64,000 bases of DNA from Cyclobacteriaceae bacterium (GCA_965278925.1 OZ257123.1:2880753-2944752), one strand, 5' to 3'; numbered from the stretch's first letter, positions 26,022 through 36,645 are shown. Notes: generated by a model from the sequence alone, not told the origin. Program-made: numbers and translations.

Positions 26022-29000
26022 ATGAGAATTCTGTTGCTATCAATCCTTCTACTTGCAAGCCAACTTGTAGTCGGTCAAGAGCCGGTATTTGTATTAAATC
26101 CGGAGGGTCACCATTCGGGCATCAGTAAACTATTAGTCACCAACGACAAATCAACAATCATTTCCATTGGCGATGATAAAAGCATTTGCTTTTGGGATTC
26201 CAACTCTGGCGAACTACTGAAAAAACGATGGTTTGATATCGGGCAAGGTGAAGCTGGGCGAATAATCGATGCTGATCTTGGTTTAAAAACCGGGCTCCTT
26301 GCCATTGCACGGATTAACTCACAAGGCAAGTTTGTTGTTAACATCGTTGATCTTAATAAAGAGAAAATTTTAGGAACGTTTAATGGATTTTCACAAGAGT
26401 TGGGCTTTGTGCGAATAGATCCGAACGAAAAATTTGTGATAACCGGAAGTTTTCAATTAGGCAATGAAAAAAGTGAACCCATTCGGCTTTGGAAAATTCC
26501 TTATGGAGCAACTTTTCCATTTAGTGTAAAAACACCTTCGGCAGAAGCTCCAGGCTTTCAATCACACGACTTGTGCTTGTATGATGATGGAAAGAAATTT
26601 TTTATGACTGGCTGGGGAAATGGTAAGGGGCTTTCTATTGAATATGACCCCAGTGCAATTCCTGAGTACAAATTAGTGAGCATTGAACCGCTTATCAAAC
26701 CTATAGGTCACGCTAAAGACATCCCTCAACTAAACAAAATTTTTTATGGCGATCACAAAGGCGATGCCTACCTTATAAATCCCGATGGCAATAAGCAACT
26801 CGTCTTCAAAAGAAAGCAAGGTGGAAAGTTGATGGGTGATTCTTTGATAAACGATGTTTTTGTTAGTAATTCTCTAGGTGTTGTTGTTGGGGCCACAAAA
26901 GATCAAAATGATTCTAACTTTCTTGAAGTTTTTAATCTGGAATCAAAAGTCAGAATTTATAAAGGGAAGTCACGATGGTATCAGGATGTTATTTTACTTT
27001 CTGATTCTGCCCTAATTGCTAACAGTGACCTTGGCCTTATTCGCATTAATTTTATAACTAACAAAAACCGTGTATTGTTTAAACCTGCTATTACAAAAAA
27101 TAACGAGTTGGTGCAGTATGGACCACACTCACAGGTTGCATTTGACAGCTTAAGGCAACTATTTGACTTTGAATCCTTGCAACTTAAAAAGGCAGAATCT
27201 ACACTCTACGGTTTCTCCCAACAAAAACTCTCGTATCATGCTAATAAATTATCCTACAGGGGCGTTCAGGTTCTTCTAAACGATGATCTGCTCTTTACAC
27301 ATCCGCCTGGCCACAACGACAAAAACGTGTCATATCTAAATACTGGAAAAATTCTAATACATCGAACCGAATACAGAACCAATCGGCAGTACTTATTAAC
27401 TTATGATCCAAATAAAAAAATGGGTAGCTATGTCTACACACCGGAAAAAGAATTCATAAGCATCCATCAGCAAATTGACGGCATTGCCCCATCGCCTGAT
27501 CTAAACTCAAGCAATTTTGTTACAGCAGATGCCTTTGGTGTAGTTTCCTTATGGGATGAAAATAGTGATGTATTTCGTTGGCAATATAAAACTCAGTTGT
27601 GCTATTGGCCTTTTGAAAAGGTTAATCTACTCATTAATGAAAAAGGAAAATACTTTGGCATTTTACCGCAGGAAGGCTATACCGGAATTCTGAAAAAGGG
27701 AGATCTGTTGTTATCCGTCAATAATTTTTCTTCAGAAAATCAGCATGAAATGTATCGTCACCTGGAAGGGCTCGATCCACTTGCACCACTAACCGTTAAA
27801 GTGCGCAGGGGCACAGAAGAAATAAGTACAGAACTTACACTCAGTAAAATAAAAGTACAGGAGCCGCTGGTATCATTTGCCGCTCTTGATAATAATGAAT
27901 GGCTCTGCTGGACTCCGCAAGGTTATTATGCTGCGTCCATGGGTGGGGAAAAAATGGGCGGCTGGGTAATCAACAATAGCGTAAATGAATTTGCTGAGTT
28001 TCACCCTATGTATGATTTTAAGAAACAGTTTTACCGACCTGAGTTATTGAAACTTATACCCAAGGAAGGCACGTTCAAGAAAGCGCTTGAGGTTTATAAT
28101 AGAACAAGTGAGAATCCTATTAAAGCAAGCTCAGAAATAAATGAACAATTGCCACCCAGTATTGCCTGGGTAAATCCAACATCGGCAGATACGCTACTAT
28201 CAAAAAATACGGTGCGTTTAACGGCTCGCGTTACTTCGTCATCAGCCTTACAAGGAGCTAAAATACTGCTCAATGGTCGCACGGTTTTAAGGCGCGATCA
28301 AATTAGTATACAACAAGAAAGGGATTTGCCAAACTACCTCGTGTCGTTTGATATTGATCTTGTGACATTAGAGAGCACCGTAAACCTCTACACCGAAAAT
28401 GAATTTGGTTCTACGGTTTCGGAAGAGCGGGTTCTGCGATTGAAGCAACTTGAAACCGGAATTGAAAAATATAAACCTAATTTATACCTGCTAAGTGTAG
28501 GCGTGTCCAATCATACGATACCCACCTATAGATTGAACTTTGCAGACAAAGATGCCTCGGCTATCAGTAAAATGTATGAATCTCAAAACGGACTGCTTTT
28601 CAAAAATGTATTCGCGCGCACCCTACTCAATGAACAAGCCACGCGTGTCAATATTCTTGATGCCTTTTATTGGTTAGAGCAAAACGCAACTCAAAAAGAT
28701 GTAGTAGTCATTTTTATGGCTTCGCATGGGCTCAATGAAAAAGATAAATTTTATATCCTCCCGTATGATGGCGATCCGGAACGCATAAGGATTACCGGTG
28801 TGGATTGGTTTAATTTTTCAGATGTGTTAGGAAACCTACCCTCCAAAGTGCTGGTCTTTATTGATGCCTGCCACAGTGGAAAGTTAGGAACAAACATTCT
28901 TGCCAAACGTGGAGATACCGATTTAATGGAAGCCATCCGATCGTTAGCAACTGAAGAAAATGGCGTTGTTATTATGGCTGCCTCAACCGGAAAAGAATCT

Positions 29001-29228
29001 TCATTGGAAAGTTCAGATTGGAAACACGGTGCATTTACACTGGCACTGATTGAAGGAATGAATCAAGGCAAAGCCGATTTAAATGAAGATGGAATCATCA
29101 ACATTCGTGAAATAGATTATTACGTAGCCGAACGCGTAAAAGAATTAACGAACGGCAAGCAACACCCAACAACTCAAAAACCAAGTGTTGTTAGCGAGTT
29201 TCCACTACTGCAGATTATAAAGAAATGA
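26022..29228 (+). CDS. Exported WD40-repeat / PDZ / caspase (peptidase C14) protein
   Basis: Signal peptide; WD40-like GHHSGISKLLV..SIGDDKSICFWD; PDZ-like LKKGDLLLSVN..TVKVRRG; C14 domain with ASHG (His) and DACHSG (Cys), HGAFTLALIEG and EF-hand-like DLNEDGII. Confidence 0.85.
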   Translation: MRILLLSILLLASQLVVGQEPVFVLNPEGHHSGISKLLVTNDKSTIISIGDDKSICFWDSNSGELLKKRWFDIGQGEAGRIIDADLGLKTGLLAIARINSQGKFVVNIVDLNKEKILGTFNGFSQELGFVRIDPNEKFVITGSFQLGNEKSEPIRLWKIPYGATFPFSVKTPSAEAPGFQSHDLCLYDDGKKFFMTGWGNGKGLSIEYDPSAIPEYKLVSIEPLIKPIGHAKDIPQLNKIFYGDHKGDAYLINPDGNKQLVFKRKQGGKLMGDSLINDVFVSNSLGVVVGATKDQNDSNFLEVFNLESKVRIYKGKSRWYQDVILLSDSALIANSDLGLIRINFITNKNRVLFKPAITKNNELVQYGPHSQVAFDSLRQLFDFESLQLKKAESTLYGFSQQKLSYHANKLSYRGVQVLLNDDLLFTHPPGHNDKNVSYLNTGKILIHRTEYRTNRQYLLTYDPNKKMGSYVYTPEKEFISIHQQIDGIAPSPDLNSSNFVTADAFGVVSLWDENSDVFRWQYKTQLCYWPFEKVNLLINEKGKYFGILPQEGYTGILKKGDLLLSVNNFSSENQHEMYRHLEGLDPLAPLTVKVRRGTEEISTELTLSKIKVQEPLVSFAALDNNEWLCWTPQGYYAASMGGEKMGGWVINNSVNEFAEFHPMYDFKKQFYRPELLKLIPKEGTFKKALEVYNRTSENPIKASSEINEQLPPSIAWVNPTSADTLLSKNTVRLTARVTSSSALQGAKILLNGRTVLRRDQISIQQERDLPNYLVSFDIDLVTLESTVNLYTENEFGSTVSEERVLRLKQLETGIEKYKPNLYLLSVGVSNHTIPTYRLNFADKDASAISKMYESQNGLLFKNVFARTLLNEQATRVNILDAFYWLEQNATQKDVVVIFMASHGLNEKDKFYILPYDGDPERIRITGVDWFNFSDVLGNLPSKVLVFIDACHSGKLGTNILAKRGDTDLMEAIRSLATEENGVVIMAASTGKESSLESSDWKHGAFTLALIEGMNQGKADLNEDGIINIREIDYYVAERVKELTNGKQHPTTQKPSVVSEFPLLQIIKK

Positions 29229-29276
29229 AGTGATTAGTCTATTAACTAAGTCAGTCACCCACTCATTTAGTAATCA

Positions 29277-29310
29277 TTTCACCCCAAAATCAATCCTTTC
29301 ACCACTCAAA
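29277..29310 (+). promoter_or_regulatory. TTTCACC direct repeat, 20-bp period, upstream of membrane LytTR gene
   Basis: TTTCACCCCAAA at 29277 and TTTCACCACTCAAA at 29297. Confidence 0.45.
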
Positions 29311-29357
29311 TTGCAGATTTTTTGCAACCTAAGCAGAGGTTTTTAAGTTTGTGGTGT

Positions 29358-30317
29358 ATGGCTCAACCGCAGGTAATTGCCCCAACCAGAATTTCGTTTT
29401 GGAACACCTCAAGCACACGTTTGACCGACTGGTTAAACACCCCATTCCCTTTTTATCTGAATGACGACCGAAAGAATTTTGTTCTGGTTACCGTATTAAG
29501 CGGGTTTGTCACCCTGTTTCTTTATCTATTTAAAACCGAGTCGGAGTTTGGCTTTGCTAATCAGTTGGAGTGGCTACACGGGCTTGTAACGTTTGGAGTC
29601 TTGCTGTTCAATATTTTATTGCTGCCGCGGGTTTTTCCTGCCTGGATGGATTCAATAAACTGGTCGGTAAAAAAATATATTCTGTTAAACATTCTACACT
29701 TAACACTGATCTGGATTATCTGCACGATTCTTGAAAAATTATACTTTTGTCCGCTCGATATGACCTGGGGTGTTGTGGCTTCTCATGCCAGCGTGCAAGT
29801 AGTTATTAAAGGTGTGATTCCGATTGCGCTTACCACGTTATTTCTGAATGCACATCTGTTACAACAAAATTTGCGCGAAGCCATTAAAACCAATCAGGAG
29901 TTACAGAAAATTCAAACCCTGAAGCGAGAATCGAAAGAGTCTGTTAAAACGGCTACCCTCGTTACACTCTACTCTGATACCAGCGAGAGTTTAACCTTTA
30001 ATTTACCCGATTTGCTTTTTATTGAAGCTGACGATAATTACTCTACCATTATTTGGAAAGAAGCGGATGTGCTGCACAAAAAATTACTCCGCGTAAATTT
30101 GAAAAACCTCGAAGTGCAGCTCAACAACTCATTTACTCTTCGCTGTCATCGGTCGTTCATTGTCAATGTTAATGCGATCAGCGCTGTATCGGGCAATACA
30201 AATGGGTACAAACTAAAAATCAATGGGTCAGATTTTTCCATTCCAGTTTCGCGCCCGAAAGGGAAAGAAGTAATGGATAAGATTAGTCAGCTAAGGAACA
30301 TGATGGAACTGAGCTAG
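29358..30317 (+). CDS. Membrane-anchored LytTR DNA-binding domain protein
   Basis: About 4 hydrophobic segments, then LLFIEADDNYS and LRCHRSFIVNV...IPVSR LytTR domain; no receiver domain. Start uncertain (TTG 29322 or ATG 29358). Confidence 0.85.
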   Translation: MAQPQVIAPTRISFWNTSSTRLTDWLNTPFPFYLNDDRKNFVLVTVLSGFVTLFLYLFKTESEFGFANQLEWLHGLVTFGVLLFNILLLPRVFPAWMDSINWSVKKYILLNILHLTLIWIICTILEKLYFCPLDMTWGVVASHASVQVVIKGVIPIALTTLFLNAHLLQQNLREAIKTNQELQKIQTLKRESKESVKTATLVTLYSDTSESLTFNLPDLLFIEADDNYSTIIWKEADVLHKKLLRVNLKNLEVQLNNSFTLRCHRSFIVNVNAISAVSGNTNGYKLKINGSDFSIPVSRPKGKEVMDKISQLRNMMELS

Positions 30318-30320
30318 TCG

Positions 30321-30390
30321 GTTGCCCCAAGCAGATACAGTTCGCCCCAATTATTCTCTATTGCCCTCAAACTCTTTGTAGTTTACCCCT
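30321..30390 (+). promoter_or_regulatory. GCCCCAA-type direct repeats, about 20-bp period (candidate LytTR sites)
   Basis: GTTGCCCCAA (30321), TTCGCCCCAA (30341), TTGCCCTCAA (30361), TTTACCCC (30382). Confidence 0.5.
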
Positions 30391-30455
30391 TTGTACTTTT
30401 TTGTTTGGCTTCAAAAATTGGTTGTGCGTTTGTTTGAAGAAACAAACTATACCAA

Positions 30456-30860
30456 ATGAAAACATTATTTACAGGTTTCCTTCTCGCAATTTCTGTAGCT
30501 GTTACTTCCGCTCAGTCCACTGCCGCTTTGCCACGCTCTGAGTTTTTAATTGATCTTTCTGAAAGCAGTTTGTCTTTGAAACCCGGAGAAACTAAAACTG
30601 TTAGCGTTTCCATCCTCCGGTCAAAAAGTTTTTCATCACGCAAGGTTGTTCTTTCCACATCCAATTCTCTGCCGAAAGGAATTGTTATCTCATTCGAACC
30701 AACAGAAGGAGACTTTGAAAATAGTGTTGCAACCATTGCAGTTGCATCCGATGCGGCTACCGGAACCTATCAGTTGGTGCTGAGTGGCACCATAAGCGGA
30801 AAAAAGAAGGGTTCAATTTTAAAATTGATCGTTAGTGAAGGTGAGGTAGCTAAGAAATAA
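30456..30860 (+). CDS. Small secreted protein, probable Ig-like beta-sandwich
   Basis: Signal peptide MKTLFTGFLLAISVAVTSA; LSLKPGETKTVSV, LPKGIVISFEP, AATGTYQLVLSG pattern. Confidence 0.7.
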   Translation: MKTLFTGFLLAISVAVTSAQSTAALPRSEFLIDLSESSLSLKPGETKTVSVSILRSKSFSSRKVVLSTSNSLPKGIVISFEPTEGDFENSVATIAVASDAATGTYQLVLSGTISGKKKGSILKLIVSEGEVAKK

Positions 30861-30879
30861 CAAACAGGTTAATTGCTTT

Positions 30880-30917
30880 AATGCATCGTCTCTGCGGTGG
30901 GTACGATGCATTTTTTC
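30880..30917 (+). terminator. Rho-independent terminator
   Basis: AATGCATCGT / ACGATGCATT stem followed by a T-run, between convergent genes. Confidence 0.7.
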
Positions 30918-30965
30918 GTATCATTCTCTGGAGGAGAGGATACTCGACATGATGCAAACGACCAA

Positions 30966-33563
30966 TTACTTCTTTAATACACTCAAAATCTCATTCAACT
31001 TCAGCAAGGCCTCCACCGGACTAATGGTATTGATGTCAATCTGCGAAAGCATCTCGTGGATAGCTTTGGATTTGGGATCAATTTCAAACAAACTCATTTG
31101 CGCGGCTTTGGGCAGCTCATCAAACTTTTTTGCCTTCTCCTGATGTTTATCTTTCTCTAGAAAATGTAAAATCTCATTGGCTCGCAGCACCACCTTGTTA
31201 GGCATGCCGGCAATCTGTGCCACATGAATACCAAAACTGTGTTCGCTGCCGCCCTCTTTAAGCGTGCGCATAAAGATGATTTTATCGCCCACCTCTTTTA
31301 CGCTCACATTAAAATTTTTCACGCGCACTAAATCTTCTGTGAGTTGATTCAATTCATGGTAGTGGGTGGCGAATAACGTTTTTGGTTTGAAGTTCTTATG
31401 GGTATGAAGATACTCAACAATCGCCCAGGCAATAGATACCCCATCGTAGGCAGAAGTTCCGCGGCCAATCTCATCCATTAAAATCAAACTGCGATCACTC
31501 AGGTTGTTGAGAATACTGGCTGTCTCCGTCATCTCCACCATAAAGGTGGATTCGCCTCGCGATAAATTATCGGAGGCCCCCACTCGTGTAAACACTTTAT
31601 CGATGATGCCGATTGTGGCCGCTTCGGCTGGCACGTAACTTCCCATCTGTGCCATCAGTACAATCAAGGCAGTTTGTCTGAGCAAGGCAGATTTACCAGC
31701 CATGTTCGGACCGGTAATTACTAAAATTTGTTGCGTTTCGTTATCGAGATAAATATCGTTGGGCACATAATTCTCGCCAACAGGTAACTGTTTTTCAATA
31801 ACAGGATGCCGTCCCGCTTTTATAGCTAATCGTTTCGATTCACTGATCTCGGGCTTATTGTATTTGTTTGTCTTTGCCGTTACTGCAAATGAAAGCAAAC
31901 AATCCAACACCGCTACCACGCGTGCATTTTGTTGAATCTGCGAAATGTAATCAGCTGTGTGATGCACCAATTCCAGAAAGAGTCGCTGCTCGATTACCAG
32001 CAATTTATCTTCCGCATTCAGAATTTTTTCTTCGTATACTTTTAATTCTTCAGTAATGTAGCGTTCGGCATTCACCAGGGTTTGTTTGCGAATCCAATCG
32101 GTGGGTACTTTATCTTTGTTGGCATTACTTACTTCCAGGTAATAGCCAAACACTTTATTATATGAAATCTTCAAAGAATTGATACTCGTGCGCTCTATCT
32201 CACGTTTCTGTATCTGCAATAGATAATCCTTTCCCGAAAAGGCAATGGCCCGCAGTTCATCCAACTCTGCATTTACCCCTTCTTTAATGATACCTCCCTG
32301 ATGAAGCAGCATAGGAGCATCATCTTTTAGTTCGTTCTCAATCTTCTCTAAAAGAAATTCACATTTGTTTAGCTGATCACCCAACTTGTTTAATTCTAGG
32401 GAAGCAGATTTCTCCAACAATTCCTTTACGGGAAGAATCGCTTTCAATGATCGCTTCAATTGAATCAGTTCTCTGGGATTAATCCGGCTCACGGCTACTT
32501 TTGAAATCAATCGTTCAAGATCAGATACCTGCCGCAGGTGATCCAGAATTTTTTCGGTGAGGTTGTTGTCAGAATAAAATTGTTCTACTACCTGCAGCCG
32601 CTCGTCAATGCTTTGTTTCTCCTTTAAGGGAAGAATCATCCACTTGCGCAGGTTGCGCGAACCCATGGGCGTTACTGTTTGATCCAATATCTGAAGTAAG
32701 GGCACTCCGCCTTCGTTGGGCGAACTGACAATTTCAAGATTGCGAACAGTAAACTTATCCAACCACACATACTTGTCTTCGTCAATGCGTGCAATGGCCG
32801 AAATATGTTGTGTGTCTTTGTGTTCCGTAGCTTCGAGATAGTGCAAAATCGCCCCGGCTGCAATAATCGCTTCCTGCATGCCATCTATTCCAAAACCTTT
32901 GAGTGAATTGGTTTTAAATTGTTTTATCAACTTCTCATTTGCAAAGTCGAATGCATATACCCAATCATCGAGAGTGAACGTAGCGTATTCTTCGCTAAAC
33001 TGGTTTTCAAATTTTTCACGACTTGCCTTGCTGTAAATAATTTCGGCTGGTCCAAAACTCTGAATCAGTTTGTAGATGTAATTCTCAGGGCCTTGGGCTG
33101 TATAAAACTCGCCCGTACTGATATCGAGAAAAGAAACCCCCAGTGCATTTTTTCCAACAAAAACGGAAGCAAGAAAATTATTCTGTCTGCGCTCAAGCAC
33201 ATTATCATTAAATGAAACGCCCGGTGTTACCAACTCTGTCACACCCCGCTTTACTATTCCTTTTACAAATCGTGGATCTTCTAACTGGTCACAAATAGCC
33301 ACACGGTTTCCGGCTCGCACTAATTTAGGTAAGTAGGTATCCAGTGCATGATGCGGGAAGCCCGCCAGTTCAATTTCGGAAGCCGAACCATTACCCCGCT
33401 TGGTAAGTGTGATGTCGAGCACTTTGGCTGCGCGAATGGCATCTTCGCCAAACGTTTCATAAAAATCACCCACTCTGAAAAGCAAAAGCGCACCCGGATA
33501 CTTCGCCTTGATAGCGTTGTATTGTTTCATTAACGGGGTATCCATTGCTGCTGCTCCGGCCAT
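30966..33563 (-). CDS. mutS: DNA mismatch repair protein MutS
   Basis: TPLMKQY, FRVGDFYETF, ITGPNMAGKS Walker A, STFMVEM, MDEIGRGTS, FATHYHEL, SFGIHVA. ATG at 33563 follows a TATATTTG -7 box on the minus strand (33595-33602). Confidence 0.98.
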   Translation of the reverse strand: MAGAAAMDTPLMKQYNAIKAKYPGALLLFRVGDFYETFGEDAIRAAKVLDITLTKRGNGSASEIELAGFPHHALDTYLPKLVRAGNRVAICDQLEDPRFVKGIVKRGVTELVTPGVSFNDNVLERRQNNFLASVFVGKNALGVSFLDISTGEFYTAQGPENYIYKLIQSFGPAEIIYSKASREKFENQFSEEYATFTLDDWVYAFDFANEKLIKQFKTNSLKGFGIDGMQEAIIAAGAILHYLEATEHKDTQHISAIARIDEDKYVWLDKFTVRNLEIVSSPNEGGVPLLQILDQTVTPMGSRNLRKWMILPLKEKQSIDERLQVVEQFYSDNNLTEKILDHLRQVSDLERLISKVAVSRINPRELIQLKRSLKAILPVKELLEKSASLELNKLGDQLNKCEFLLEKIENELKDDAPMLLHQGGIIKEGVNAELDELRAIAFSGKDYLLQIQKREIERTSINSLKISYNKVFGYYLEVSNANKDKVPTDWIRKQTLVNAERYITEELKVYEEKILNAEDKLLVIEQRLFLELVHHTADYISQIQQNARVVAVLDCLLSFAVTAKTNKYNKPEISESKRLAIKAGRHPVIEKQLPVGENYVPNDIYLDNETQQILVITGPNMAGKSALLRQTALIVLMAQMGSYVPAEAATIGIIDKVFTRVGASDNLSRGESTFMVEMTETASILNNLSDRSLILMDEIGRGTSAYDGVSIAWAIVEYLHTHKNFKPKTLFATHYHELNQLTEDLVRVKNFNVSVKEVGDKIIFMRTLKEGGSEHSFGIHVAQIAGMPNKVVLRANEILHFLEKDKHQEKAKKFDELPKAAQMSLFEIDPKSKAIHEMLSQIDINTISPVEALLKLNEILSVLKK

Positions 33564-33770
33564 ACTGCTTGGCGTATTTAATTTGAATTGTGGGCAAATA
33601 TAGGGAGTTGGTAAGAAGTTAAGGGCAGACTGCATAAACTCATAGGAAATAATTCTTGCTGCATTTTTTCACCTTTACCGAGTTGGGATTAACATCTTAT
33701 TGACAATCATTTAGGAAACAGTTAACACGCTCTGGATGATGGGCTGAATAAGTTTGTTAAAAAATAACTC

Positions 33771-34634
33771 ATGAAAAAAATTATCTTGACTGTTGCCCTT
33801 CTCTTTATTTGTTGTGTGGCATTTACCCAACAGAAGGAGAAAAGTTTGCTCGGTGCCTGCTCTTCTTATGCGTTAGAGCAAGAGCCTTATAAGGCCTGGT
33901 TTCAACCTAATTATACAAACTACATTCCTCAACCGCAGGTAATCGACCAACTAAAAAAAAGTATTCACAAATTTTCCTTCAAAATAGTTTTTGGGAGTTG
34001 GTGTGGAGACAGTAAACGAGAGTTGCCTCGTATGATAAAAATTCTACGAATAACCGGAGTATCCGAAAATCAACTTCAGTTATTGGGTGTTTCTGATTCT
34101 ATGGCTGTGTATAAGCAAGCGCCCCATCGCGAAGAAAAAGATTTGCACGTGTATCGGGTGCCTACATTTATTGTGTATCACAAAGGAAAAGAAGTAGGAA
34201 GAATTGTTGAATACGCAGTTGAAACACTGGAGCGAGACCTGCTCAAAATTATCAAAGGCGAAGCATACGCACCCAACTATAAAAGCTATCCGCAAGTTAA
34301 TGCGTGGCTTGCACAGGGTGTTCTAACCGATGTCAATGCAAATCCACGAGGATTGGCTGAACAAATCCGTTCGTTGGTAAGTCGCGAATCAGATCTTAAT
34401 GCCTGTGGTTATGTATTGCTGATGCGGGGTGAGGTGCAAGAAGCTATTACTGTATTTCGTATAAATGTTAATCTGTTTCCTCAATCGTCAAACTGCTTTG
34501 ATAGTCTGGGCGAGGCGTATCTGATGGCCGGATTAAAAGCAAATTCAATAGCTAGCTACGAACGCGCTGTGGAGCTTGACAGCAAGAACGAAAATGCGAG
34601 TAAACAACTGGCTATGTTGAAAGGAGAAAAGTAA
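33771..34634 (+). CDS. Exported thioredoxin-like protein (WCGDS) with C-terminal TPR
   Basis: Signal peptide, FGSWCGDSKRELP, YRVPTFIVY..GKEVGRIVE; TPR-like SNCFDSLGEAY...YERAVELD. Confidence 0.8.
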   Translation: MKKIILTVALLFICCVAFTQQKEKSLLGACSSYALEQEPYKAWFQPNYTNYIPQPQVIDQLKKSIHKFSFKIVFGSWCGDSKRELPRMIKILRITGVSENQLQLLGVSDSMAVYKQAPHREEKDLHVYRVPTFIVYHKGKEVGRIVEYAVETLERDLLKIIKGEAYAPNYKSYPQVNAWLAQGVLTDVNANPRGLAEQIRSLVSRESDLNACGYVLLMRGEVQEAITVFRINVNLFPQSSNCFDSLGEAYLMAGLKANSIASYERAVELDSKNENASKQLAMLKGEK

Positions 34635-34637
34635 GAA

Positions 34638-35300
34638 TCATTTCTTTAACGCAACAATCAACCACATCTTATCTCCTTTTTCTTTCGAGCGATCAACAAA
34701 GGGGTCTTGTTTCAAGACAATCTGAAACCCGGCTTTGTGCAAATCCTCGAGTGCGAAGTTCATCCCCAGCTCATGTTTTCCTTCCTGAACTTCGCGCGTG
34801 GAACTGCGCCTTGCTTCCGCGATTGCTTCGCAAAGAACAAGCCGGCCACCGGGTTTTAATGAACTCTTTATGTGTTGAAGAATTTTATCGTGATCGTCCA
34901 TTTCGTGGTACGTGTCCAAAATGATAACTGCATCTAATTCGTTTGGTGGAAGTTTGGGATTATCATAGTCACCTTTAACAACTTGAACATTGTTGATTAT
35001 TCGCTTTGTGAGAATAACCTGAAGTTTATCCAGTTTAGATTGCTCCACATCCACAGCATACACCTTACCAGAAGGCCCAATAACAGTGGCTAGTTTTATG
35101 GTCATGTATCCTTCGTGGCACCCGACATCGGCCACCTTACTTCCCGGTTTCAGGTTAAGATTATGAATCAAGTCATCTGCTTTTTGCCAGCTATCACGCT
35201 CTGCCCAGGCGCTTTCTGTGTACACATTCTTCCATGGGTCTTGAGAATTTGAAAGACTAAGCTTACAGAGCAGGGAGAAAAGTAGTGCGATTCTTATCAT
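34638..35300 (-). CDS. Class I SAM-dependent methyltransferase (signal peptide)
   Basis: VADVGCHEGY, VYAVDV, DAVIILDTYHE, LKPGGRLV. Confidence 0.88.
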   Translation of the reverse strand: MIRIALLFSLLCKLSLSNSQDPWKNVYTESAWAERDSWQKADDLIHNLNLKPGSKVADVGCHEGYMTIKLATVIGPSGKVYAVDVEQSKLDKLQVILTKRIINNVQVVKGDYDNPKLPPNELDAVIILDTYHEMDDHDKILQHIKSSLKPGGRLVLCEAIAEARRSSTREVQEGKHELGMNFALEDLHKAGFQIVLKQDPFVDRSKEKGDKMWLIVALKK

Positions 35301-35465
35301 AAGGCTAAAACGGACTAGCTTGCTTCAGGATTGTTAAATTATTCACAATATCTGAGTAAAATAATTTGGCGGATGTAATTATATGCACACTCAGGCAACT
35401 AATTGTTTCAAATGGGTTTAAAACCTTTGGGGCCTTAAAAGGTTATTTGTAGTAAGCTCATTTTG

Positions 35466-35945
35466 ATGGTCAGCGAAAAAGAATTTACTGAACTGGTAAA
35501 TCAAAACCGGGGCATCATCTTCAAGGTGATACGCCTGTATGTGCGGCATGAAGAAGACGAACGCGATCTATTTCAGGAAATTCTTTTTCAGGCGTGGCGA
35601 TCGTACCCAAATTTTAAAGGACAATCAAAATTTTCTACGTGGCTCTATCGCGTTGGGTTAAACACTGTACTTACGTTTAAACGCAGACCGCAGATAGTAA
35701 TGCCCCACGAAGACTTATCAATGTTAAAAGTTTCTTCGGGCGACAAAATTCCTGCCGAAGAAACAGAAGCCTTGTATATCGCTATTCGCGAGCTAAATGA
35801 AATTGACCGGATGATTATTACGCTGCATTTGGATGGTTATGAGAATGAGGAGATTGCTGAAATATCAGGCCTAACTAAAAATAATATAGCGGTAAAACTT
35901 TACCGCATAAAGGAAAGCCTAACTAAAAAATTAAAACCATTGTAA
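35466..35945 (+). CDS. ECF sigma-70 factor
   Basis: DLFQEILFQAWRSY..FKGQSKFSTWLYRV region 2; region 4 EIAEISGLTKNNIAVKLYRIKE. Confidence 0.92.
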   Translation: MVSEKEFTELVNQNRGIIFKVIRLYVRHEEDERDLFQEILFQAWRSYPNFKGQSKFSTWLYRVGLNTVLTFKRRPQIVMPHEDLSMLKVSSGDKIPAEETEALYIAIRELNEIDRMIITLHLDGYENEEIAEISGLTKNNIAVKLYRIKESLTKKLKPL

Positions 35946-35947
35946 CG

Positions 35948-36550
35948 ATGGATTTACAGAAAGTTTGGAAACAATTGGATACCGATAAACTCAGCAAGCC
36001 TGTTGAGGGGTCGGTGCGCATTCAAAAAAAATCCAAACATCCCGTGCAGAAACTAAAGAATGCCTATTTACAAACAACAAGTTTTGCCTTTGTTTTTCTG
36101 ATTGGCTTTATTGTACTCTACTTTGTATTTCATGAGCCCATTGTAAAGGCAGGATTGTTGCTGGTTATTATCGGCTACATCTTTTTTTTCGTAGTCAATT
36201 TTTCAATGTACAGAAAGATCAACGTAGTGTTGCCTGTAGATAGTAGCCTTAAAACAGTTCTTGAGCACACCTATAATTTTATTACCGATAACATTCGGTT
36301 TCAGGAGCGTGTTGCAATCTTTATTTATCCCATTGCCGCATCGGCTGGCTTTTTGATGGGCGGCTCGGTAGGCAGTGGCAATGTGGAGAAAATGTTGGAA
36401 GAAAAGTTTGTAGTTATTTCTCTTATTGTCACAGCCATCGTGCTTACTCCACTGGCCTTTTATCTTACCCGCTGGCTTTACAAAGTTTCGTATGGCAAAT
36501 GCTTAATCGAATTAAAGGCCCGGATTGATGAGTTGAAGAGGCCTGATTAA
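35948..36550 (+). CDS. Membrane protein, probable anti-sigma factor
   Basis: Directly coupled to the ECF gene; MDLQKVW N-terminus and about 4 TM segments, a typical arrangement. Confidence 0.65.
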   Translation: MDLQKVWKQLDTDKLSKPVEGSVRIQKKSKHPVQKLKNAYLQTTSFAFVFLIGFIVLYFVFHEPIVKAGLLLVIIGYIFFFVVNFSMYRKINVVLPVDSSLKTVLEHTYNFITDNIRFQERVAIFIYPIAASAGFLMGGSVGSGNVEKMLEEKFVVISLIVTAIVLTPLAFYLTRWLYKVSYGKCLIELKARIDELKRPD

Positions 36551-36645
36551 TCAGGAGACTTCAACAAAAAAACAATCTTTTCTTACGCCATCTAAAAAAC
36601 TTGGGTTTTAAAGGAAGAGTGTTACTTTAGTACAAACTCCTAAAA

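Noticed and set aside
35411-36632. Shared ECF promoter before the sigma gene (AAAC..GTTA) and before 36646
   Set aside because: Spacing differs (17 versus 20 nt) and the region is AT-rich, so the match is not convincing.
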